In this document: piece by piece, positions 11,201 to 23,006 of the stretch
Numbering within the stretch: position 1 is the stretch's first letter
Layout: each line of letters starts with the position of its first letter
NCBI GenBank assembly: GCA_003614675.1
Contig: ML002339.1
Location: 1 to 40,388, forward strand
DNA length: 40,388 nt
Reading direction: 5' to 3'
From: Dimargaris cristalligena
Lineage: Eukaryota
The notes under the pieces: model-generated
Database searches by the model: none
What the model was told of the DNA's origin: nothing
The model's input: the letters and a program-made list of their open reading frames with translations, nothing else
Program-made: the position numbers and the translations under genes

Positions 11201-14200
11201 CTGGTGAGACATACACCAAAATCCCGGGAACAATTAGGAGAGTTATTTTGCTGTGAGTTGGTTATCCTGCGTTATTTGGGGTTGGGTACGATCTGATGCG
11301 CTGGATGCAAAGCAAAAGGGCAGTGGAAGGCCATCCGAAGCGGACTCTGGATCGGCTGATGACTTGGAGGGGGAGTTTTAACCAGCCTAGATGAACAGAA
11401 CGTTGGTATACAAGCCACTATACCACTTGCTAACATCCCCCGAACTAGTGGTGGTCAGAGGCTTGGTGAATTAGCGAAATTTATTAATTGGTGTTAGGGT
11501 GGAGGTGCAGCTTGTGCCTCCCTTTTCTAGTTTCCTCTCGCTCCCACACCAGGTTGGCCACCCACCTAGGCTGTTGGGAAGGGGGGGGACATACAGGAGG
11601 GTGCTGTAGGGTGGGCGGGGAGGTCAATCCGGCCCTTTCTCTCTCTTGTTACGTTTCTTCGCACGCCTGTTGCTCCTTGCTTCGGCTGGTATTGCCAACC
11701 CTAATTAAAAAAGGAAATGGCCAATCAGGTAAACGCAGGGTGTAAAATCCCGGTCCGAATGATCAACGAGCTACTTGTATTTCTCTCTCTCTCACTTCTA
11801 CGCCTACTGCCACGGCCAACTTGGTCTAAATTGAAGCAACGGTGGGCAATCTCATCTTAAGAAAAGGGCAACTACGGTGGCAAAACGCGATATTTCGAGC
11901 TGGTCCAATGAACCGCGTGGCGGGGGATGGAAGCGAGGGGAGTGGGGGGTGCACCACCACCAACCCGCAGGTATCTAGCAAACAGGTAGGAGAAAGTGAT
12001 GAATGTAGATTCCAGTAAGGCCTAGAGTAAAGTACGCTAAATTCATCCCCTCCCTTTCCAACGAATGTATTCCGGCCCCACCACCATGGCTTAGAAAGAG
12101 GGCTTGGCGTGGAAGACGAAGAAGGAGGGGGGAGAGAGAGCACGGCGAATACATGTACAGGCCATTGCTTTGCATCGACCCGTTGTAAGGGAGAAGGAGA
12201 CCCTTGCCCACAGTGGGTCTACCAAACGGCCCTTTGTTTTATGCAGTAAGGCGGCTCCAGATGAACCGAGGCGATCCTTTCTGATCCGGCCGGAAGTTCA
12301 CTTAAGCTAACAAAGGGTTCTCTTTTTATGTATTTTTTAACATTCGCACTGTGGCTATCCCCGTTAGATTCGCCTGCTCAGGCTTGCGTTGGGCGCATAC
12401 CGTTGCCTCCCCCACATTGCCCTTTTGATACAGAGAACTGGGTTGCAGGATTCGCTCAGAACTCCTCCCTCCCCCTCTACTTCTTTTAATATCCTGGGGG
12501 ATTACTTTCATTTATTTTATTTTATTTTTCACACTGGTTCAGTCGACCCCTCCTCCCCAGTATATACCGAACAGATCCTTTGAATAAATATTATTGAACC
12601 ATTTATACCATAGATGATTGGGATGGGGAAGGAGGGGGACATCCGATGGCGCTGCGTTTCCTATGTTACCAACCCTCAGTAACCCGCTTGGGATATTGCC
12701 CTCGGCTAATTTCCCCCTGTGTGGCCCCAGCCATCGATTAAAAGGACGCACATCAGTTGATGGGGATTACGCTGCGTTTAAGCGAGGGATAGAAGAGACC
12801 CCCTCCTCCCGACCCATACATCCACTTGGTAATACATACGCCAGAATGCGACCAGGGGGCATATCCTATGGAAGAGGGGCGGGGTGGGGAGGATCTCGGC
12901 AATGTAGTCCAAAGAGACGGGTGTAATAAAAGAGGGAGATGGCTACCTCTTACAGAATACGATGGGACCAGCCTAGTTAATAATGCCACCGGTTAAAGAC
13001 ACAAGGCGTATATATATATATATGAAACGGTTGGTCAATTTGTTTTGTAGGTGGCACAATCCCTTTTGGCCCTCGTCAATGAATCCGTCGCGAGCCAGGG
13101 TTGTTGTTTTTTTGGTCGGGTGGTGTTCCGCTTTAGTATTTTTTGACGTATCCTTGTGCCCCCTGCACTAGACTCGAAGGACCAAAGGGTCAATGGCATG
13201 ATACGGGGACCCATGAAAGAGGTATATGTCTCCTAGCTTGCCGCAGGGATTCCGGGATATGTTATGTGTATTACTTTCCCTCCATCTCTCCATACCACCC
13301 TGTACTTGTTAGTGGGGAAATGGAGGGAATAATCAAAGGGAACAATGCGTAGGAGAGAATTGGGAAGGGGAACAGTAATCTTCGGCAAAGCCCTATTACT
13401 TATCTAAGTCTACAATTGCAAAGAAGAAGCACGCCAATGGATTGGCGGGAATATGGCGGTCCGTTGATTAGCTATGCTGACTGACATATCTCCCTTCCAC
13501 CATTTGGTCCACAGACTGAACCCTAAACGAAGAAAAAAAATAAGGGTATGGTGGAATCCTAAATTGACCCTAGCCACGAAATCACCAATGCTAACTTTGT
13601 AGAGCTTTTCTTTGTCGAAACTACGGTGGGCTACCTCGTCGTATCTGCGTAGAGACCCAAGGCCAATGGGGAGCACTGGCCCTGGTCCAATCTCGATGTA
13701 TACACCTTATATTTACGTGGGGTGCACCCTAACCCTCACCACCTAATGACATCTCCCGCACTCAAGTTTAATAACTGCCACTCTGGTGCAGCTGGCTAGT
13801 ACCTACGATATCCGGTACATTTGGGGATGGATGTATAAAGCTGGCTTGAAATGGGTGGAAGCCTATCCCTCCCCCCCCTCACTTCTCTCCTAACTTACTC
13901 CGGATACCTGTTGAATCAATGGAACTGAGCTATATGGGGGAATGGAGTTTCCGTGGGTTCGTAATTGACATCCTGCATCTGCCTATCCTATTTTATCCAT
14001 TCCCTATACTGAGAGAGGATCCAACCGTTCGACGATGAAAGGGATGGGAAATATAAATAGATACCGTGGGTGGGAGTGGAATGACGCTGGCTGGAAATTG
14101 ACACCCGGTGGGGTTACGAAGCAGTAAATAGATGGAGCTTCTGGGGGATAGTCTGTAATTCCAAAGCACAGTATATTCCACCCATGTCGATCGTGATTAG

Positions 14201-15037
14201 TCCGCCCTTAATTGCAGCTCGAAAATAGCTCTGCCTCCCCCTATTTCTACCACCTTGTATCCACATTACTGATTCAAGGGATGGCCGGAAGTTCAAGTTC
14301 CGCTGATGATTATGGCCTTACACTGTGGTACCGTAACTCCGCAGCTGGATACGGCCGTTGACTTTCTTCTATTTACTGTGACTGGCTGTCGATAAGATTG
14401 CTCGATTGCAGTGGCCACATCTAGTCTTATAAGGTATAGATTTAAGTGGAATTGGGCATAGAGAGAAATATGGTAGTGATGGCGGGAGTATATCAGTTAT
14501 AGGAATGATCTAAAGTAGATATTAAGGGTATCAAATTAAGTAATATGAGGACCCTGGTTATTCGCCAGTCTCCAATAGGAGCCACTTCATTAGCAGAACT
14601 ATTCTACCCACCTCGCCTACCTACCCCTCTTTCTTCGTAGCCACACCCCTATTCCCCTATTGCTAACGTTAAGTAATCCCCCACAATGGGCTGTTATAGA
14701 TAACGCCCGTCAAATACTCCCTACCCTCCCCCTTAGCCAGGTTTTTTTAGGGGAGTTTATTTATTGTTTTTGCGCTGGACTCGGCCAGGCTTCGAAGGTT
14801 TTGAAGGGGACACCATCATACATGATAATCGGTCAAGTAGCTACAGTGAATGAGTCAGCCAGCACACTCCATCTTGGCAGTCCGCACCTCTTCCTACTCC
14901 TAACGCCGCATACTTCTTTTCTTCCTCTTTCTTTACAAATGAAAAAATACTATACAAGGTGGCTTAAAAACACCGAGTCAACCCGAAATCATTTGGCACT
15001 GAAGGAAATATTATTATATTCTGCTTTTCTCTCAAGC

Positions 15038-15041
<4 letters not shown>

Positions 15042-15080
<39 letters not shown>
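15042..15080. repeat. (CT)n microsatellite, ~19 units
   Basis: Uninterrupted CTCTCT... run of 39 nt. Confidence 0.95.
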
Positions 15081-15087
<7 letters not shown>

Positions 15088-17067
15088 CTCTCCTAGCGGT
15101 AAGCCACGCCTGTACACCCACTCTCCTGGGTACATGTCATCCCCAGCTCACTGCTGCTACATATTTTCATGGCTGTGTAATTACGTGATTGTATAGACGC
15201 AAGTCCAGGTGCACGGTTGGGTGTGTGGTGTACCACATAAGAAGGTTAGCTGAAGGATGACAAGGGGGAGGGGAGGTTTATTGCTAGAAGGAAAACGCAT
15301 TAATTAAGGACAGACCAAGGTAATATTAGGTATGGATCACTGATGTCGGATTGGAGATGGTTGAAGAGAGAGAAAGAGAGAGCAGTAATAGCCTGTGTTA
15401 GAGAATACCCTCCCCACTCGGGTGCTGCCATACACTTCCATTCCTCTCCGTGTATCTCTGGGGTGAAGGTAGATCAGATATCCAGATGAATCCAGTGATA
15501 AACACCGTGGCGTTAAATAGACAACTCTTACGTAATATAGTTCCACCCAAGTGACCGAAAGGTACCGAAGCATTCACTATACTAGGGCCTTATGCGGGAA
15601 ATATGAATGGTAGGTGCAACGAAGGGGCAGCTTTCCGATTCCCAACGCTGCCGAGGTGACTAGTAGATGGCCCCGGTCCATAACCGGCTGGTACATTCCA
15701 ATGGCCTTGCTGAGGGAGGGCCCCTACTAGCCCCTCTCTCGGCCCAGTCCTACCGCCCTTGCTACAGCTGGGCAGCATTCGAGATGGTAGTGGTGGTTCT
15801 TCATCCCCATAGGCCGGTCGTATTGTATTTGCCGCCCCTATCTCTTCGATTACTCATCCATTCCGACACTGTTGACTTGTCAAAAAGGAGCCAGTGTATG
15901 GGGACTTCGTCGTGCGGGCAATCGTCTAATCCGAAGTTACAGCCTCTCTCTCCTCCCCCCAAATCTGTCCCTTTCCCGCCCCTATTATTTTTTTCGACGT
16001 TTAAACCCACGGCTTCCCTCATTCCCGATGGTTTAATTTTATTTGTCCATTCAGCCTCAGCTTGGCCAACCAAGAGGAGGTCTGCCGCCATTATACCCAC
16101 CCCCTCTTCTAGCGGACATACCACGTTCAACCAATGGCTATTCAGAGTTATAATGTCGGAGAAGGCGTGCCAATCTACCAACTTCCTATTGACGCCAACG
16201 TCATTCGTGGTTAAAACTGGCTTAATAATGGTGTCCTACATTTCATATCCCGCGATGACCCGGCCAGTATGACCTTCACCAAGGTCCTCATGACATCAGA
16301 ATATCTCGCCTCTTCTTCCCCGCCGAGTAGTATTTATGTTAAACAAAACCCGGTCAAGGGTGATTAGGAAGTGTATAGCACACAATGGGGGTGCTGGCAA
16401 TATATATATATATATGTTTGATAGAGAGGCTCAGGAAATGTAAAGGGGGTGGTGTATGTTTCCTTTCGATTTGACATCACCCATGTACATGCCAAGAGCA
16501 CGGGTAACCGGCCAGGGGGCCGACACTGCTGGGATCCGATGGATATATATATTTAGGCTGGGCGGAAATAAACATCTTCAATCGTTTAACCTCCCGCATT
16601 CTGTGGTTTACGAGTGGGATGTGGTTGAGCGGCGGGGTTTAATCAATCAATCAGTCAACAATTAGAATCACTCTGCTGTGGCTATTTTTACCGCCTTGTC
16701 CCATTAGGCCACTTTCCGCTCACCCCGCCCCCCCCTCTCTCTCTCTCTCTCCCATTTTCCTCATTGTTCTAACACTGCTTTGGTAAATAACACTTGGTTG
16801 GGTGAGGGGGATCAACCCTAGCCCCAACATTGGGTGAGATGTATCCAGTGAAGTATTAAAGAGTACCGCAGTGCTTGTTTGGCCTCCCCTTGTCATCCCG
16901 TTCCGATGGACCAACCCCAGCGGGGTCAATAACAAGATGTGTACGTGTGTATGTATATGTGTGTATGTGGTGGACAAACTATAGCGATAAGCCACTGCGG
17001 ATATACCGGAGGAGCTACGGGCGAGGGGGACGAGTAGTTGCGAAGAAGAAAGGGCACCAACTAGAGC

Positions 17068-17088
17068 AGAGAGAGAGAGAGAGAGAGA
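17068..17088. repeat. (AG)n microsatellite
   Basis: AGAGAG... run of ~10 units. Confidence 0.9.
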
Positions 17089-18007
17089 CAGAAGAAGGGG
17101 GGGAGATATACAATCTGCCCGTTGGCTCGGCATAACAGGCCATGCCGTCGGCTATTTTCGGCCGCCGAGCGATCTCCCCCCGGGGGACGCATTTTCCGGG
17201 CAGTTGAATGGGTGTGCGTGTTTGGGTGGGTGGGTGTATTGGGATGCACCTCTCCCACCCTCGGATCCCGCGGCCCCAATGTTACTGGGGATATTTGCAG
17301 CCTTGGCCGGTGGATACGGAAGGCAGCCCCTCCCCCTCCCTCCCCCCTATTAACCCTTTCAACCGCCGAGTCTTATTTCCTATTATTTATGTTGGCTTGA
17401 CTACAATAGGTTTGTTCCGATTGGAAGAGAAGGAAATACCTTTATTTACCACCTCCTCTCCAAAAGCAACTATCGAATCACTTCGGGTATAGTACACGCT
17501 GTTCTCACTTGAGCCTTCTTCCATAGCACGTAATCCGCTTGCTTGACTTTCTTCCCATTCCCCTCTTCTTTTATATTTTAAACTTATCTATTGAAGGGGG
17601 GGTGAATGAGTGAGGAAGGATGGCCTGGGGGTGGTTTTCATCCACTCGCTTTTTTTAAAAAATACATGGATTGCCAATAACTAACCGATACACCCGGACT
17701 GTCCAAGAGTGTGGCGGAGGGATAACCCGCACGGTTAGAAGACCTAGCCGTAGTGGTTGTAGTGAAGACCTTCATAAACTAGGGTACAAGACCGGGTAGC
17801 AGGTCCCCGTTATTTGGCCACGCCCATGGCCTATAACCCCCCTCGTACCCACATCGCTCCCCCGTTTGTGTAACCCACTCCACTCCACCAAACTACCTTC
17901 TATGTTTATAAATGTAGCTAATTCCAGAGAAGAGGCCTTATCCCTGAGATAGTCCCAACGTGGAGAGTAAAGGAGAAGGCCAGGGGGATTTCAAAGACCG
18001 CCTCCCT

Positions 18008-18027
18008 ATCATCATCATCATCATCAT
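18008..18027. repeat. (ATC)n trinucleotide microsatellite
   Basis: ATCATCATCATCATCATCAT run. Confidence 0.85.
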
Positions 18028-19367
18028 TATTAGATGGGTAGGCCATTTACCTATGAGAGTATAATTCGGTTCTCTTTTTCTCACTATGTAGATGCAGACC
18101 CATCGGTGGCGAGATGTGCTAATCAATTTTCTCGCCATATTTATTTTTGTGATCTAGTATGACAGGGGGGTATTTATTATTATTATTTATTTATTTAGTG
18201 CACCATCGGGTGCGGACTAAAGTATTCTGCGGGATCATGTAGCTAGTTGAAGCCGATGCTGTGGGGGGTGAGGGGGAAGGTTCTTTGCTGGTCCATGCAC
18301 ACACCGGGTTTACCCATGTCCCTCTCTCACTCACTCCCCGAATAAGAGAAATACTGACTAACTGACTAAACCAGTTTAACTCTATTGTTTGGGGGCTGCA
18401 AACAAGCCGGATAGGCAGTGATATGCTTGCTAAGCCACGGGGATGAGTATGGGAATGGCCAACCGCCTAAAAAAACCAACATTAAACACGGCAAGGGGGA
18501 AAAGACAAGAAAAACTCATGGGCTTAAAGCTGGTCTCCCCTTGATGAATATAGAATAAAATGTGACATCCAATTAGTGGCCCGCGCGGCCTAAGCAGTCC
18601 CCGGTTATAATCGCGGAAGCCCTGGGACCAATGGCCAAAAAGAAGAACACGTTGGACCTACCAAATCCCTTGGTTATCGGTTATAATAATAACCCCTCAT
18701 TATGCCTCGATATATGGATTATTAAAGGTGAAGTGGGAGGGTGTACCATGTAAAATCGATTTAGGTTACGGTTTATTGTGATGTCAATGAGTGGAAGGAG
18801 TGTACATAATAATGGGGCAGGGGCGGAGAGTGGCCCTATGCCGTCGCCCAGTAATGATGAAAATGGAGGGGGATTCAGCTGGCAGGAAGGCGCGGCCGAA
18901 CAAATGATAAATACATATCAGACTAATGCTGGTAGTAGAATGGTAGGTAGTAGGGGGGAAGGGATGGCAAAAAAAATACAGAGCTATCAGACGAGTGGCT
19001 GGCAAACGTGTAAATGATGGGGGGGACAAGAAGAGGAGGAATAGTAATAGTGGTAATAATAATAATATAAAAAGAGTAGACAATGATGCAGTGAAAGAGA
19101 AGTGGAAGAAGGGAATGGCGGATGTGTATATGGAGGGGGGGTGTATGGGGTTGGAGGGGAGATTATAGTAAAAGGGGAGAAAAGGATGAACAATCGGGCC
19201 AAGGGGTTGTGTGGTGGTGAAGGGGCAATAGTCCTCCTCATATACACCCACACATTGGCCACGAATAGCCAGAGATACAAAGGGAGAACACGAATAATAA
19301 GGAAGAGGGTGGAGGGTTTTATACAGGCGCAGGAGGGGGTGGTGATGGTTCGGCGGACGGTACGTCA

Positions 19368-19796
19368 TTAGTAGGCGGACTGAAAGGACCAAGCGGGCAC
19401 CGCGGTCGGCCCATGCTTGGCCGCTGAAGAAACCAGCGACGGCGAAGCGGGGGACGACGAAACCGAAGACGAACCCAGGGCATCCAAACCCGAGAATGGT
19501 GAGGTCTTTCGCGACGACGACGACGACGACGAAGCGTCACTCGAACGAGCGCAGAGTGGGAGGGGCAGGGTAAGCGGGGGAAGATTGGGTAGAGTCTGCA
19601 GGGTAGAGGGGCGGAGACGGTACGGTTCGGGCTTGGGCTTGCTTACGGCACCACGGCCGAAGCGAACGGACGACACTGGGGGGTCGTCATTGAAGGTGTA
19701 GGAGCTGCTGTCCTTCCACCGGCACACTTCGGTGCAGTAGAGGCTGCCGGGAACGTCGACGTGACGGTCGCAAACGACGCACCAATCGGTATCCAT
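19368..19796 (-). CDS. ECL1: Ecl1/2/3-family (extender of chronological lifespan) small zinc-binding protein, 142 aa
   Basis: The likely true start is the ATG at 19796; the track ORF begins at an upstream near-cognate codon. The N-terminus MDTDWCVVCDRHVDVPGSLYCTEVCRWKD has the C-x2-C-x11-C-x3-C pattern with LYC..C..D typical of Ecl1-family proteins. A Ser/Pro-rich disordered tail follows, including poly-Ser from a (GAC)6 repeat. The CDS is GC-rich, ends TAA TGA and has a canonical TATA upstream. Confidence 0.82.
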   Translation of the reverse strand: MDTDWCVVCDRHVDVPGSLYCTEVCRWKDSSSYTFNDDPPVSSVRFGRGAVSKPKPEPYRLRPSTLQTLPNLPPLTLPLPLCARSSDASSSSSSSRKTSPFSGLDALGSSSVSSSPASPSLVSSAAKHGPTAVPAWSFQSAY

Positions 19797-20082
19797 AGCT
19801 AGTAATTGAACGGGGCGGTAGTAGTAGTGGAGATAGTAGAAGAAGACCTGCGGTAATGGCGTCAGCGATAGCCACAATTATAATAATAATATATTCAAGG
19901 GCGAGGAGGAGGGATGATTATTCAATCGGAGAGGGAAAAGGCGGCTATTTAAATACAGGAGAGAAGGTAGTAGCAGACAGTGAATGTAGTTAGGGAGGTT
20001 ATATAAGAATCGGGGAGAATGAAGAGGATAAACTCAGAACACTTGGTGTGGTGAAGTACTTGGAGGAGGGGAGAAGCTCGCC

Positions 20083-20092
20083 CTTTTATATA
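20083..20092 (-). promoter_or_regulatory. TATA box of the Ecl1-like gene
   Basis: Minus-strand TATATAAAAG ~290 nt upstream of the ATG, followed by a C/T-rich, AUG-free leader. Confidence 0.6.
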
Positions 20093-21395
20093 GACTTTGG
20101 ACCAGGTTTGGGAAGGAGCTCATCCAACCCACTTGGCCTTCAGAGGGAAGGAAGGAGGGAAGAGAGGGTGAGGGGCACCAATGTCCGCCTACCCCACTTC
20201 CTGCCTGGCTATAGGCCCTTCCCCACCACACCCTCTTTCCCACCTCCCTCCCCCCTTTCTTCCGCCTCCCCACCCTCAAAACCACCCCCCCTACACCCCT
20301 TTGTCTCCCCACCTACGCCCCGCTGCTGCTGAACCCACACACCACCACCCCCAGCTTATCTTGGCTCTTTCTCTCTGGCCATTGGGCTTGGGTGATGATA
20401 ATCTCTTACCTTGGCCAGGCCCCGCAGCATCCGAGCGGGCCATCCTCCTTCGCCCGCCTATCCCTCCCTTCGTTTCTTTTTGGTCCATCTGCCTTTCCTT
20501 TCTTATTCTTTTCTTATTCTTTTACGCCGCATCCGAAATTTCTACCTCTCTGTCTTGTCTTCAGGGCCCCCGACCCTCCCACTCCACGATACCGGTAGCA
20601 GCAAGGAGCTTCGGCGACTCACTGCTGGAATAGAATGTGCGCGGACCTCTATAGCCCAACTGGTGTATGTGTGACCCTGGCCGACCCTATTCATTCTAGC
20701 CTTAACACAATACTGTACCCATTCTCGGGTTCGGCCCGGCCGGTTGATTATCAACATGTATCTGAATGGTGGTGGGTATCACGGTGCACAGTCCGCTCAA
20801 ATTAGCCACACTTTCAATCGGTGCCCACTGATTCGGCGGGTCCACCGCTCCTATAGGATAGCTACGGTGTTCGTGACGAGGCTATGGCTGACCAGTTCGG
20901 CTGCGGCCACTCATGGATAGCACCTCTACTGGCCCACCTAACCCAGTGCAATGATGTCTTGTCCGACACACCCAAATGCATTCGTTGTACGGCCCGTGTG
21001 CGCCAGCCTGCTCTTGGGATTCTCGATCCGATTGAATCTCCGCTGATACCACCAGCACTATATTCACCACTACCCTAGTTTCATATATAAATGAATGTGA
21101 AGGAGGCGGGGGGTGCTGCCATTGGGCTAATGGAGACCTTTAATGAAATGAAATACCGAGCCATTGCCTCCCCCCTGGCAATGTGTGTTCGCTCTACGGG
21201 AAATACCGCAATCCATTCTTGCAACCCCAAGCTGGATACAGATACCGACCACTCTCCCCCGGCTGATTTTAGCTGGTACTAGACTGTACATATACTATAC
21301 TTCGGTACTGAACGAAGAAAAAACAATGCTTCAAATATGATATACAATGGACAAATATGTACTGGGGTTACATTTACTAAATGGCCTGCAGGCGG

Positions 21396-21405
21396 TTGAC
21401 GTCAA
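21396..21405. promoter_or_regulatory. Perfect CRE/ATF-type palindrome TTGACGTCAA (candidate site)
   Basis: Exact TGACGTCA core ~1.6 kb upstream of the Ecl1-like ATG; function unproven. Confidence 0.3.
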
Positions 21406-22997
21406 AGTACAACCCAATCGCCCGAATGGATCCCCGATTGGCTTAGGATACGGCACCATGTAGTGTGAGGTCGTTGGCCGATGCGGTGGCTCATACTCCA
21501 AGGGGAGATATATCTGCTAGTGCTGGCCCTAGTGGACAGATATAAGTGTATGAACCAGGTCAGTAGTATACCGCTGAGCGCTGAGCAATACCCACATTGC
21601 AATTCATAATATATATATATATATATGAAAATATAGGAGTAGGAGGTGTGGGGGATGTTTAACGGCCTCCCGAATGTGAAGGAACGGCCACTATGCCATT
21701 ACTTTGGATATACATAGATAACCAGGTGGAGCTTCTATCCGCAGTGGGAATACCCCCCTCCATATGTTGAGCATCGGCGAAGAGCGGAAAGAGGGATGGT
21801 CATCGGATAGAGCCCCCCTCCTTCTCCTCGTTCGTTCCTCTTGACCGGATTAGGGCTACCTGACCGAATCCGCGAGGCCACCCAAATCACCACCCCCATA
21901 TCCTTCAGCAACCACCACGGGTTTACAACACAGCCTGGCCCGGGGTTCCTTGTAGCAGCCAACAAGCTCCAGTCCGGGATATGTAGTACTTCTGACCAGA
22001 CCGGGTTTCCTTTTCCTGTTCCATTTTATATTAGGTCACCAAGAATACACCGTGACCGTATATTTCTCCGCTCCACCCGGTTACCCTCTCCCTTCCCGCT
22101 GGCTACTACTCCCGTCATGATATGGTGAAGCCCGCAGCTACGTGTGATAAATTACCCGTTTCAGGATTGTTTATTACCGCTTATGCCGGCGGTTCAGTCG
22201 GCTGGATAATTTAACCAATACCAGATGACCATCCCGTCATTTTGGGTTCCGTACCTTGCCACATCCTTGCTAATCTCATAACTAAACTGCCATCTCCCCC
22301 CCCCTTTCCTCGGCACCACTCATATGGCTAGCTAATGGCACCACCATGAGTGTAATTCAGTCACCAGAGTCTGTCGGCTGTTTATACCATTGACCATATC
22401 ACACAGTCCGTCTCCCCTTGGTTCGGATTTGTTTACGCCATAGTCTGATAATACTGCAGCTTCTCTCCCCATGGCAGTATAGTCCAACTTGAGCATTATT
22501 CGTCATGGCAATGTTAAATAGCGTGTTTGATTCTACTATTTCCCCCCGTTTCCCCCAATACCACATTTGATATTAATAAAATCAATAATGGCCACGTTGA
22601 CATTATTGGCCCTCCTCCCGCCCGTTCGATCAGTCAACCACGTACGTATATATCGCCCAACCCCCTTCCACCACCACTCGGAGCAGGTGAATAGGTGGGT
22701 CATCTGGTTGACGTTGCTCGTCCATTTATTGGCCCACTCAGTCCAGAGCTGATTTTGTTATTAGGCTGACTAACCAACCAGCCACGTCCGCCAGTCGGAG
22801 TGCGCAATGGACCCTGGCCTGAACCACCAAATAAGGGGGAGAGAATATCCGGGTGGTGATTCACCAACTGAAGAGATCAAATCGGACTGGCTGCCCGCTG
22901 GGGTGTGCGGTATATAGTCTAGCAGTTGGTTAGTTACATTGAAGAGCCAGGTGAGTGGTGGTGGTTCAATCGTCGTGTCGCACACATTGACTCTCGA

Positions 22998-23006
22998 ATG
23001 AGTCAT
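22998..23006. promoter_or_regulatory. Perfect Gcn4/AP-1 consensus ATGAGTCAT (candidate site)
   Basis: Exact ATGA(C/G)TCAT with an adjacent TGACTC at 22988, ~3.2 kb upstream of the Ecl1-like ATG; function unproven. Confidence 0.3.

Noticed and set aside
14660-16272. Longer ORFs 14660-15196 (178 aa), 15667-16272 (201 aa) and 15801-16181 (126 aa)
   Set aside because: They have near-cognate starts, one runs through a (CT)n microsatellite, and none shows a recognisable domain or coding-like composition.
18778-19392. ORFs 18784-19392 (-), 18778-19017 (+) and 19102-19371 (+)
   Set aside because: This low-complexity skewed sequence is best explained as the 3' UTR of the Ecl1-like gene.
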